Part shown: piece after piece, positions 48,400-60,952 of the stretch
Layout of the letters: every line of letters starts with the position of its first letter
Numbering within the stretch: position 1 is the first letter of the stretch
DNA from: Eledone cirrhosa
Lineage: Eukaryota
Direction: 5' to 3'
Assembly (NCBI GenBank): GCA_964016885.1
Contig: OZ024746.1
Span: 101,680,001-101,744,000, forward strand
Length of the DNA stretch: 64,000 nt
The notes under the pieces: model-generated
Database searches by the model: none
The model's input: only the letters and a program-made list of their open reading frames with translations
Told to the model about the DNA's origin: nothing
Program-made: the position numbers and the translations under genes

Positions 48400-50925
48400 C
48401 ATCATCATCATCATCATCACCGTTTTACGTCCGTTCTTCCACTCTAGCATGGGTTAGACGGGTTGTCCTATTGTGAGCAGTGTCCGGTCGGCTGACCTTG
48501 TCTTGCTCATATGGGAACTGATTCTGGCTTGATTTCTACAGCTGGATGGCCTTCCTAACACCAACCTCATTTACAGTGAGTGCTGGGTGCTTTATTTCTG
48601 TGGTGCCTACACGTCCACTTTACAGTGAGTGCTGGGTGCTTTATTTCTGTAGTGTCTACACGTCCACTTTACAGTGAGTGCTGGGTGCTTTTTTTCTGTG
48701 GTGCCTACACGTCCACTTTACAGTGAGTGCTGGCTGCTTTTTTTCTGTGGTGCCTACACGCCCACTTTACAGTGTGGGCTGGGTGCTTTTTTTTTGTGGT
48801 GCCTACACGTCCACTTTACAGTGGGGGGGGGGGGGGGCGACGTATTGTCTATATGCTTCAGCTTCGGCTTGTACCCGTGGGGGGGGGGGGGTCTTCTGTA
48901 TTACTGTGTGACACCAGAGGTCACGGTTGTGTGTTTTATCACCTCATTCCAGGTCTTCTTGGGTCTCCCCACTCCGCGGTTTCCATGGACTTCTAGTGCT
49001 CTGCACCTTTTTATGCAGCTGTCATCCTTCATACGCATCACATGTCCATACCAATGCAACCGCCTCTCCTGCACACAGCATTTGATTCCTCCTATGCTCA
49101 GTCTCTCCCTCAATTCATTTATGCTTTGCCGTTCGCGTATATTACTATTACACATCCATCAGAGCATGCAGGCTTCGTTTCTTTCTAATCTACGCAAGTC
49201 TTCTACACACAACGCCCAGATCTCACTACCATGTAACATTGCTGTTCGTATACACGCATCATACAGTCTACCTTTCAATTTGAGGGAAAAGCCTTTTGCA
49301 GCTAGCAGTGGTAGTAGCTCCCTGAACTTCTTCCATCCCGTTCTTACCCTAGTTATTGTACTTTCCGAACACCCACCTCTGCTGCTAATTCAGTCACCTA
49401 GGTAGCAGAAGCTGTCTACTGTTTCTACAGAGCCCTCCCAGAGTTTGGTGGTACTTGTTTCCTGTGGCTGTTTGCTGCTTGCTGTCCCAGCACAGCTGCT
49501 ACATGTGAAGCCTACATTCTTAGTTAAGCTTCCGGAGATCCCGCTACATCTCTTGTGTACCCATTGTTTGCATTTGGGGCAGAGAATGGAGTTCCTACTT
49601 ACACCTTTCCTACATACTGAGCAAGGCCATTTCCCTGAGGGGATCTGGGTTCTGTTTTCTCATCTACTTACAGGGACCTTAGTCTTTGTCAGACTGACTT
49701 TGAGACCCCTTCTTTCTAGTCCCTGCTTCCTCGCTATATTCATTGCTAATCCTAACTTTGCTGATTGCTCCCCTATACATGGCTTGTACAGCTTTCACAA
49801 ACCATTCATCTACTCCTAGTTTTCTAAGAGCCCACCAGATTATAGCACGGGGAACTCTGTCAAAGGCTTTCTTGAGATCGACGAATGCCAGGTAGAGTGG
49901 CTTACTTTTAGCTAGGTACTTTTCCTGTAACTGCCTCACAAGGAAGAGGGCATCAGTGGTGCCTCTTCCTGGCACAAACCCAAATTGCATCTCATCTAGT
50001 TTCACCCGGTCCCTAATCAACTGTGCTATAACTCTTTGTTACTTTCATGACCTGGTCCATCAGCTTTATACCTCTATAGTTTCCTCTATCTAGTGCATCA
50101 CCTTTACCTTTGTAGCAGTTGACAATGATGCTACTGCACCAATCCTTTGGTATGACACCTTCTAGTATTACTTGGTTAACAATACGTGTGGTTATGGTGT
50201 GACCTACTGACCCAGATGCTTTCAACATCTCAGCAGCTATACCCGATGGACCGGTTGCCTTCCCTGTCTTCATATCTTTGATTGCCTTACTTACTACGCT
50301 GCTGTTGACTTGTACTGCTGGCCCCTCTATAGGGTCTACTTAGAGTAGGGTCTCTTCTTCCAATGCATTCTCCTCATTTAGTAATCTATCATAATGGCTC
50401 TTCCACGCATCTTTCTTCTCATCACTTGTGAGGGCAAGCTCACCTTTATCATTCTGGAAACACTTCCTCCAATGACATCACAATTCTCTCTGACACACTG
50501 CCTCGCAATCTTGAACACCTCCTGTTTCTGGTCTTCACGTTGCAAAACATGCTTGAATTTTCTATCCTCTGCTTCCCTCCTAGCTAAGTATACTTGTCGC
50601 CTAACTTCCCTCCTGGTCTCTATGTAATGTACCCTGCTTCCCCTGTTCTTCCATTCTTTCCATGGCTGTCTCTTGGCCTTAACTGCTTCATCTACCTTAT
50701 TGTTCCACCACCAAGTCACTCTCCTCCTCCCTATGGTCTTGCTCCAACCACAGCTCTCATCCATTGCCTTTAGTAAGTTATTTTTTAGGAACTCCCAGTG
50801 CTCTTCTACATTGAATGTCTCTATCTGTTCTTCTTTACTGTCATAGGCATTGAGTAAAATATCTTTAAATCTGTTACTGGCTGAGGGGTCTTTCAGCTTC
50901 CAGATCTTTCTTCTCCAGGTTGCCT
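48400..50925 (-). mobile_element. RTE-clade LINE, degenerate with internal deletion; 3' UTR has a 49-bp VNTR
   Basis: Motifs TWWWN, KATGPSG, NYRGIKL, QFGFVPG and LHWYGHVMRM; (CAT)n at 48400; five 49-bp units at 48571-48823. Confidence 0.93.
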
Positions 50926-51076
50926 TCTGGACATGTTACATGTCTACATATTAGATATGTGCATATATTTATGCACATACAGTCTCAGTTACACACTCTA
51001 TATTTGTACAGCTATAACTAATATATATATTATGACTTAGCACATTTACCGATTTCGGACCTGTTCCTTGTTATAT

Positions 51077-51113
51077 TCCTCCGAAGAAGAGATTTTATCT
51101 TGAAATATCAGGA
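51077..51113 (+). ncRNA. Minimal hammerhead-like motif, core variant CCGAAGA
   Basis: TCCT-CCGAAGA-A-GAGAT TTT ATCTT-GAAA-TA-TC-AGGA. Confidence 0.55.
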
Positions 51114-51210
51114 CAAATAAATAAATAAGGTAACACATAACATCTTGTTTCATCTTATTTTCTTGTTCGTCCATTTCACATTGTCGTGGCCTTCAAACAT
51201 CACTCCATTT

Positions 51211-51271
<61 letters not shown>

Positions 51272-51349
51272 CAGATAGGGTGTGGTAAAAACCAGCTAGA
51301 TCTTAACCCGCCAGAGTACTCGATACTTGGGGTAGTAGAGTAGGTAATA

Positions 51350-51475
51350 TGAAAAGATTCAGGACCCCAACAGCTGAGCTCTGACCGTTTTGACAGCTAG
51401 ATCTGAACTAAAGCTTTAGTTTGGATCTAGCTGTCGAAACAGCCGGAGCTCAGCCGTTGGGGTCCTGAATCTTTT

Positions 51476-51477
<2 letters not shown>
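51350..51477. repeat. 128-bp spacerless palindrome, same family as 39454
   Basis: 64-bp arms centred on actaaag|ctttagt, with seven mismatches, all transitions. Confidence 0.92.
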
Positions 51478-51530
<53 letters not shown>

Positions 51531-52129
51531 TTATTTATTTATATATATATATTTGAAGTGATGACATTTCCTGAAATTAAATGTCATCTTTTAGAATTTC
51601 TCCTGAAACATAGCAGGGTCATGAAATTGGTAGAAGATTAAGAATTAGACATTGTGGCTGGCATCTTCCCATTGAGAGCTATGACAAGAACAATCAACCA
51701 AATTAAATTATTCCCATTATTCTCGTCAGAAAAGGAAGTAATTTCTTGATGAGGCATAAAAACTTTTGCAGGTTGCATAAAATTGAGTAAATATTACATA
51801 TTTCTTTTACTAGCTAGATGCTGAATTAAATGTTAGAATGCTAACTTTATTATCACTTATTGCTCACCATCCATATAAAATATATGATTACTCTAAATGC
51901 CCAAGGATATAATTCCCCAGATCAAGCAGTTTTCTTCCAGTTTATGTATATTTTAGAAAATAGCAGTTTGGCAATAAGAAACTGCTTACCTCGAAGATTC
52001 ATTCGCCATCGTTCTTGTCAACACTCCGTTTAGTTGGTATTTGTTGGTCTAGAGTTAGATGAATGGCGCACAAAGGGTTAATGTTTATTGGCAAGAAGTG
52101 GAAACTGGGCTGGCATGTCTCACTTATAT

Positions 52130-52580
52130 ATATATTAAAATAACAGATTAAAGTTTAAGCAAAGAATCGTTGCTTTCACTCTTAACGGGATCTTCTGAAA
52201 CTAAAAAAATCAATCTGTGAATGCAGAAGTAAATATTTCGTAAAACGTTGCAAGGAAAACAGGAAGACGATACTTTGGTTCGTGAAGACGTTCCCTGGCA
52301 ATGAATGGAAAATAACGAACATAATACGTCATCAATGTTTGTCATAATGTTGTAATGCAGACAGCCAGACAAATATTATAAGGGCGCGACAGAGATCGAT
52401 AACCAGCGCCTAACACCCCTTTAACAACAGAAAATTAAAAACTAAAAGCTGCAGTTAATATCTTTAGACCGCAAGGAATATATAAATGCAAGTTTGAAGT
52501 CAATCGGAGTAGAAATGTGGATTTGTATAGATTTGGCAAAAATGAGAACACACACATAGACAACTATAGTTTTATATTTA

Positions 52581-52585
<5 letters not shown>
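52130..52585 (+). mobile_element. Helitron-type non-autonomous element, 3' part
   Basis: Shares aaagtttaagcaaagaatc and ggaagacgatactttggttcgtgaagacgttccctggca with 32370-32780. Confidence 0.65.
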
Positions 52586-52652
<67 letters not shown>

Positions 52653-52684
52653 CATATATATATGTATGTATATATATATATGTA

Positions 52685-53250
52685 CAACCTGTCCCATGGT
52701 CGGGTCGTTGGCGACTAAACTGGCAACCCCACCAAGGTTTCTTGGTGAGGAGGGTGACTTTGGGCATCCTACAGGACTAAAAACAAAACCTGTCAAAGGG
52801 CAAAGGAGCTCTTAAGAGTCAATGGCCATCCAAAATCACCGGGAGAGATGACCCCTTAGCCTTTGTCAAGGCAGAATTCTAGGAGAAGGAAAACTCTGAT
52901 ATAACACCTGCAACCCTGATGGTATCCAATGATGTTGACTTGTTCTTCTTTTTGGTAAATATCATCTTAGTTAAGAGAGTGGGACTGGCTTTGTGCAGTG
53001 CCTTTGCTCACTATAAAAGCTTAACGGCACAGGCATTGCTTTATATCTGGAGATCTCTCTGCACTTGTCGTCACGTGGTACCAAGGGCCCAGCACTATGT
53101 GTCAATAATTGTCACAAGTGTAGTGTTTGTACCAGAGTTTTCAAGTCGTTGGCTGGACTAAAAAGTCACACTCATTCAGCGCATCGGTAGGGGTTCTCCT
53201 ACATGGATATAAAGTAGTGGCCGTACTCGAAAACGAGTTGGCAGCCACCA
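52685..53250 (+). mobile_element. Probable 5' UTR of an RTE-clade LINE
   Basis: Contains ctaggagaaggaaaactctga, a motif I recall from RTE leaders; no ORF follows. Confidence 0.4.
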
Positions 53251-53256
53251 TATGTG

Positions 53257-53287
<31 letters not shown>

Positions 53288-53293
53288 ATATTA

Positions 53294-53527
53294 TCATCAT
53301 CTTCATTTAACGTCCATCTTCCACGCTAGCATGGGTTAGACGGGAGTTGTCCCACTTGAGGCAAGGTTGGTCGGATGACAGTGTCTCACTCATATAGGAC
53401 TATCTGGCAGGTTTTCTATGGCTGGATGCCCTTCCTAACACCAACCACATTTACAGTGTGGAACAGGGAACTTTTTACCGTATTACCTACACGGCCACAT
53501 TACAGCATGGACTGTGTGTTTTTTGTC
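53294..53527 (-). mobile_element. RTE LINE 3' UTR
   Basis: Reverse complement of the 17600-17833 tail. Confidence 0.88.
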
Positions 53528-53534
53528 CTTAGGA

Positions 53535-54328
53535 ATTTGCCCTTAGGAAAGACCAGATACCTCCATAAAAACACTTTTCAAAGATCTCCCTGTATAGATA
53601 AGAAATGCATAATCTGTAAACTAAGCCCCCATATTAACTGCAAAACTAGAAACATAGTATATAGCATAAGATGTACTGAAGGACAATGTAAAGATAAGAA
53701 TATAGTTTTCATAGGCGAGACAGCTCGTAGTATAGCAGAACGATTAAATGAACACTGGCGAGAGCTTCAAGATAGAAAAGAATCATCAGTACTCCACCAA
53801 CATGCTAAAGTAGAACATAAGGGCAAATTTTGAGAACATAGAAATAAAAATAAAATCTACGCAGAGAAAAGATGCAATGTTTAGACAAATCACAGAGGCA
53901 ATAAACATAAATGAACTCCAACTAAAATTAAATAGAAAACATGAATGGAATAGCAACATCACAACCTACAATTAAGGACAAAATGAAAACACACACACAT
54001 AGAACAAACAACCAACCAGTAACATGTAAATAAACAAATAAAAACACACACAGACACCCGGATGTAACACATGCGCAAACTAAGCACACAACACACACAA
54101 AAACAATATGACGTAGGACAGAACAAAGGAGAGACACAAAACAAAGAAAAGAATCCCCAGTCACAGAATGTGTGACGAAAGAACTTTGACAATATATGAA
54201 CAACCGCCCGGTTGTGGAACCAACCAACCAACCGGAAATTTATAAATTTTTAAATTTATAATTTAATTTATAATAAATTGGAGTGAAAGCAACTGGTGTG
54301 TGAGTTTTTCCCCAAAGTATAACAATAT
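53535..54328 (+). mobile_element. Penelope-like element 3' part: GIY-YIG endonuclease and tail
   Basis: PCIDKKCIIC...CKTRNIVYSIRC...FIGETARSIAERLNEH...H..VEH...QITEA..I...LN; inverted homologue of 55527-56315. Confidence 0.9.
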
Positions 54329-54407
54329 CGGTTTCAACACACGTTTTCAGATAAAGAATCTTGCTAAACAAATTCAGAAACGAAATATATATTATATATA
54401 TATGTTA

Positions 54408-54565
54408 AGTATTTCCGTAGAAAAAGGTGCAAGAAAGAAGAGTGCTCTATGTATAGTACAGAGCTATTTAATTACATAATAAACAACACAATACAATTAT
54501 TCCATTACTAGGAAACTAGACGATCCTAACAGAAACGTCCAGTATGCTCATCAGATGAAATATTT
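54408..54565 (-). mobile_element. Hammerhead-bearing repeat (family of 1-110) with helix III deleted
   Basis: Nearly the same as 3031-3198; retains CTGATGA and CTGGACG/CGTCTAG but lacks GAAACC..GG. Confidence 0.7.
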
Positions 54566-54779
54566 ATGTTATGGACATAAGATTTGAAATTAATATCGAT
54601 TAAAAATGAAAGTGAGGGTGAGAAAAAATATACACAAAAATGTACACACAGATTCAGATGTACAAACATGTATATACAGATAAAAATATATCCGTGCATC
54701 TATACAACAAAATACATTCTTACATGATAACTGCATCAAACACGTATTCACAATCATACGTATAGAAACATATATCTAC

Positions 54780-55050
<271 letters not shown>

Positions 55051-55234
55051 CAAGCAAGGAAAAGCGGACGTAAAATGGTGATGATAATGATATATATATA
55101 TATTGCAATCGAAAAGTTGTGAGTTCAATTCTCAGACTGGGTGATGTGTTGTTTCCTTGAACAAGACACTTTATTTCACATTGCTCCAGTTTACTCAGCT
55201 GTAGAAATGAGATGATAGGACTGGGATCCCTATC

Positions 55235-55513
55235 ATTCCACTGCAAAGTGGTCGTGGAGGTGCCACGGCAAACAAGCATCCAGCCCACACTGTAAAATGG
55301 ACGTGTAGGCGCCACGGAAAAAAGCACCCAGCACTCACTCTAAATAAGGTTGGTGTTAGGAAGGGCATCCAGCTGTAGAAATCAAGCCAGAATCAGTTCC
55401 CATATCAGCAAGGCATGGTCAGCCGACCGGACACTGCCCACAACAGGACAACCCATCTAACTCATGCTAGCATGGAAGAACGGACGTAAAATGGTGATGA
55501 TGATGATGATGAT
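55235..55513 (+). mobile_element. RTE LINE 3' UTR
   Basis: Matches 2780-2999 and ends in (GAT)n. Confidence 0.88.
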
Positions 55514-55526
55514 ATATATATATATA

Positions 55527-58268
55527 TATTGTTATACTTTGGGAGGGTCATGTTGTCAATAAAAACACACACACCTGTTAGTTTTCACTTCAATTTATTA
55601 TAAATTTCCGGTTGGTTGGTTCGATAACCGGAAGGTTGCTTATATATTGTTAAAGCTCTTTTGTCACACATTCTGTGACCTCCTTAGTGACTAGGTTTTT
55701 ATTTTGTTTTTGTGTGTTGTGTGTTTAGTTTGCGCATGCGTTACATCCAGGTGAGTGTGTGTTTTTGTTTATTTATGTGTTTATTTACTTGTCACTGGTT
55801 GGTTGTTTGTTCTATCTGTGTGTGTCAGATTTGTTTTGTTAGTTTGGTTTTTGTGTGTGTCTGTATGTCTTCATTTTGTCCTTAATTACTAGTTGTTGCT
55901 ATTCCACTCATGTTTTCTGTTTAATTTTGGTTGGAGTTCGTTTATATTTGTTGCCTTTGTGATTTGCATTGCATCTTTTCTGTGTGTGGATATAATTGTT
56001 ATCTCTATGTTCTCTAATGTGCCCCTATGTTCTATTTTGGCATGTTGGTGGTGTACTGATGAGTGCTTCCCATCCTGGAGTTCTCGCCAGTGTTCACTTA
56101 CACCATCTCCTCTGCTACAGGCTGTTTCACCTATGTATGTTATGTTCTTATTCCTACACTGTCCCTCAGTACATCTTATGCTATATACTACGTTCCTAGT
56201 TTTGCAGTTAATTTGTGGGCTTAACCTGCAGACTATGCCTTTCCTATCAACACAGGGGGTTCTTTGAAATGGATATGTTTTGCTTATTAGGGTTTTTATG
56301 GGAATACCTGGTCTTTAAACCATCTTAATATTTGATTTAGACTTGTCTAGGGCCCTTCTAAATCTATAAGCTAGTTCGCCTCTAGGGGTTGTATTGACGA
56401 ACATTACACTCTGGTATTTATTGCTATCATACCATGACTTTATTTTATTTGTCTTATTCCTAATCCTTTCTATTCTGTTCCAAAATGTGCTCCTATACAA
56501 GGGACAAGTTCCATTTGCATCATTTTCTACAATCTTTGTCCATTTGGTTCTAGCTCCTTTATATACCCTGATCTTGTCTCTCTTATTGTAACCAGAGAAC
56601 TGCATGTGGTGGATGAAGTGTTCTATGTGTCTCTCTAATTCTTTAGGGTTGCACATTCAGGACACGTTCCTCATCACCCTTACTAAGTCCGCAATCAGTA
56701 TGTTGATTTTTATGTTGTCCGAAACAGCTGAGTTTCGGTGGATCAGGTATTTGGAGGTCATGGGTTTGGCATAATGTGAATGGAGGATTTGCGTTGTATT
56801 ACTAATAGTTTCCAACCAGAGTTCTGTGTCTAGTACAGATAATCTATGGTTGGGGTGTTTATTTGGGTAGTCTATAGAAACTTTAATACTCTGGTGGATG
56901 GCGTTAGCTATTTGCTGGATACTTTCCATGGTGATCTTCTCTAATTCCTGACTGTTCTCCTGTGGAGGTGATTTTACTACAATATTTATGTCATCTACGT
57001 AGCGAGAGTACATAGCCAGGGTTATAAAATTGTTGTCTAATTTTCCTTAAGTCTTCTGTCCCACCATACCATAAAGAGGTTAGCTATGTCACCTGCAATG
57101 CTAAGGCCAATGGCATATGTTTTGCTATTAAATTTTAACATATGTTCCTAAATGGTTAGTTTTATACTGGCCCCACCGCATGTGCGATCATTGTCTTTAA
57201 TTCATCATGGTTTTCGGGGGTCCGTATGGCTCTGGTCCACCCGCCCCATCTTTCTGTGTGGGTCTTCTTGGTCATTGAGGTAATGGTGGGTGGGTGATCT
57301 GCCTCTTGCTGGCCTTGTGGGACAGAGGCAGCTGAGGTCATGTGTGTCTAAATATTCCTTATTGTATGTGAGTTTAAGTAGGAATTCCAGCTCACTGGTA
57401 TCAATCCCACAGAATTCCACATTGCTCTTGTAGTGACCTACATTCCGCGGGCTCACATACATTCTCTGTGCGTGATTTGGCTCAGTTCAGCCAATCAACG
57501 CCAGTAGAAGAGGATGTATCCCTACGCGCCCTGAGGAAGAAATTCCCCGCGAAGATTTGAAGAATCTGTCTCTTGTACCAGGAACTTCGAACCAGCAACA
57601 CGCACAATCTAATGGTGAGATTTTGCACCCCTAGCCTCGCCGGCTTTCCGGCGCAATGGCACATTCCCTTTTGTAACCTCTTTTTATCTGTAACTTCAAC
57701 CATATAAGTTAACAAACATTGTTTGTGCTACATCAAAAATAAACATACATTTCATCTCTAATTTCTGCTGTTGAAATCATGATTATGTTACTCGTGTCTC
57801 AATAACATCTATAATCCATGCTGCTGGAATTGGCGACCTGACGAAGGGAATATTGTAAATACAAAGATGGTAAATAGATCGAGTGACCTTCCCTCACGTC
57901 TATGTCGACAAGACAATCCAACGAGGATACTATCACTTTACCACACTGTGACCACTGGCCACAGCTACACTGGACACTGCCACACTAACGACCATCATAC
58001 TTCTACCCTGCTAAAGTGGCGACCACTATTAATCATACTGCTACACTGCTAAACTCTCGCTGATTATTTCTATGCATTTTTCCACAGCAAAATCAACGTC
58101 GATGGATGGGTATAGGGACACTACATCCATACTACCTATTGTACAGCCTGTTAGGTCCCTAGACAGGTTGCTTTCGTTGATTCTGCTGATGAGGTCCTCC
58201 GTGCAGTCACATATATCTGGGGACATTTCGATGATAGGGCGTATGATCAGGGAAAGGCTGTACAATGA
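55527..58268 (-). mobile_element. Penelope-like element (probable Naiad type): RT plus C-terminal GIY-YIG, degenerate
   Basis: GSMDVVSLYPSID, AIGLSIAGDIANLFMVWWD, YSRYVDD, HYAKPMTS, MQFSGY, PLYR..W, SVMFV.TTP and NCKTRNVVY..YIGET. The clade assignment is from memory of family motifs. Confidence 0.88.
57429..58053. mobile_element. Solo-LTR-like insertion (625 bp) with a 4-bp TSD CTCT
   Basis: Starts TGTAG and ends ..CTGCTACACTGCTAAA. CTCT occurs at 57425-57428 and 58054-58057, and removing the insert rejoins the Penelope frame IISE-S-NVEF. Confidence 0.75.
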
Positions 58269-58653
58269 CCTAATATAAAACCTCTGTTCTTTGCTAGCCT
58301 ACCTGAGATCCCACTATATGTCTTGTGTACCCATAGTTTACATTTGAGGCATGGAGTTTCTACCTACTCCTTTCCTGCATAACGAGCAAAAGAAAATATA
58401 TTTATTTAGAAATACAAACCACATCTAAATAGTCTCTAACCACCCACCTACACAGATACATGCAACATTTTTCACCTTGCTAATGGAATGATTAACCTTA
58501 TTGGTGTTGTTGCTGTTGCCATGGTTATTATGTTATCACATGAGCCTCTCTACCTGAATAGAGAAGGGAATAAATTGCTACACATTCATATACACACAGA
58601 CACACACACACACACATATATATCTACACACACACACACACATATATATATCT

Positions 58654-58686
<33 letters not shown>

Positions 58687-58769
58687 CACACACACACAGT
58701 CATGTACAATTCTTATTTATTTTGCTGATTGGTTCATCGTTATAATTATTATTCTAGTTGTCATTATGT

Positions 58770-60950
58770 TGAAGATAAATTTCTATTTATTAGCCACAAG
58801 GGCGCACACAAAAGGGACAGTACCATGACATATGGCGGGGATTTTACATGTAGTCGAGTAAGAAATGAAAATAACAACAGTTTAACAAAGCAAATCAACA
58901 ATCGAAATCCCCAATAGGGGGGAGGCGCTTCAACGGGTTGTTGCATACCCCGTAGAAATAACAACCCTCAACTCCAGGAACATGAAGTGCAAGTGCTCCT
59001 TTCCTCCTTTCTTCCTCTTCCTTGACCTACAGGTTTATATACAGAGAAGGCCCAATCACTCGGGTCATTTTCGCTACATTCACCCACCTTTCAGCAAATT
59101 GGCTGGGATGCAAGCCTCTCTCTCCGCTCTTATTTTCCTCCTGGAATGGTATTTAAAGAAGGTAATAAGTTGTTGTCTGGAGAAAAAGGCGTCTGTCCTC
59201 AGCCCTCTCAGGACTCGGTGATCAACTGTATTTGTCCCACACGTGACAGTAGTCGCTCTACATAGCTCCACAGGTCGGTTACACCTGGGCAGTGTACGAC
59301 TGCATGCGAGATGGTTTCAATGTCCCGCTCGCATCTCGCACAGATCCTTTTTGCGGGATCTCTGCCCGTGCGTCCGTGCCTGTAGAGCTTGTCTCGAACT
59401 GGCAGAGCTCCTCGGTAGCACTGCCGTGCCATGGACTTTTGGAAGTTGTCCATGGGTCCCAGTCGGAAAGTCCTACCGAACAGACTGGCTAGTTCTCTCT
59501 CATCGACGCCCAGAGTCTCTCCGAGAACGTCGTCGCACCTGTCCTCAACTAACCTTCTATAGAATGTTGAGTTGGAGTCTCCGCTGATTGCTGGGTCCGC
59601 TTAGTAGAGGGCTGTGAGTGCCTGGGAACATTCAATGTGTCAGGCGCCCATTTTTTCGGTCTTTTCTTGACCCAGGACTGCAGCTCCGTTAGTGAGATGA
59701 GCAGCGGGAAGGCTTGTCTCACAAACGGGGCCCATACCAACTGGCCGGTCAAGAATACCTGGAGATGCCGTAGCCTCAGCGCGTGTTTTCGCATCATCAG
59801 CCACGGCATCACCAGCCCTCCGTTTGAAGGGTGCTGGCAGCAGATGGATCTTCTCACCAGCGGAGGCTGCTTCTTCCAAAGGAATTGGAATAGCATGCGT
59901 TCCATTCTGGTGATTTGAACACAGGGACAAGGCACGACAGTGAAGCGGTAGTAGATGACGGCGCTATGAAAGTGTTCGCCACCTCAGCTCGACCTTTCAA
60001 GGATAGTTTGCACTCGGCCCACTTCTGGGTGAGCGCAAACACCTTGGCCGCGACCTCGTTCCAGTTTTTCCCCACCTGGAGGTCTGGCCCGAACCAGACC
60101 CCGAGCAATTTCACCGGCCCTTCCGTCCAGCGTCCGACGACGTTGTTGGATGGCATCGGTTTGCCTCTCCATGTACCGAGTTGCAAACCGACGAACTTGT
60201 CCGGGTTTAGTTTTGCTCCCATCAGCGTTTCGTATTCTTTCAGTAAGTTGCCGATTACCTCGATTTCCGAGGTGCTCGACACCATTACTGTTACGTCGTC
60301 TGCATAAGCCGACGATGCTTTCCGCAGTCCTGGTTCCAACGGGATGCCCTGTAACAGCTCCAATTTCCGTAGTAGTGGCTCTAGAGTCAATATATACAGA
60401 ATGGAGGAGAGAGGGCATCCCTGTCGGATGGAACGCGTGATTTGGAACCGCTCTGAAAGGAAGCCGTTCACCTTGACTCTCGAGCAGATGTTGCTGTATG
60501 TGGCAGCAATCGATCCTCTGAAGACGGGTTCGAAACCGGCCGCCTTAAGAACTGCTTCCTGGCATCGATGGTCGACCCTATCAAAAGCCTTAGACTGATC
60601 CAAATTGATCAGAGCCCCCACCGAAGCCAGGTTTACACCCTACCCTCTCTATGATGTATCGCATGAGGTGGAGGTTGTCGTGTATGGACCTGTTCGGGAT
60701 TGTGCTTCCCCTACCAGCTTCCCGACGACAAGCGCCAAGCTCTTTGCTAACACCTTGGCCAAAATCTTTAACTCTGTGTTGAGCAGAGTTATAAGCCTGA
60801 AATTGCCTATCACGTCCCCCTTGTTCTCGTCTTTTCTGATCAGCGTTACTAAGTGTCTGCCCACAGAACTGGGAATTCTCCCGTTCTTCTGCCAGTTGCA
60901 GTAGACCGCTTTGAGGACACCAGAGAACAAGTCTGGCATGCCTATGTAGC
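58770..60950 (-). mobile_element. Tx1/L1-clade LINE ORF2 (RT plus CCHC finger) and 3' UTR
   Basis: FRLITLLNTELKILAK, LDQSKAFDRVDH, IRQGCPLS, AYADD, LSLKGR and CARC..ETISH..VHC. Confidence 0.93.
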
Positions 60951-60952
60951 TG

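Noticed and set aside
52685-52920. HDV-like ribozyme in the putative RTE leader
   Set aside because: I could not assemble the nested double pseudoknot by eye; it needs a descriptor search.
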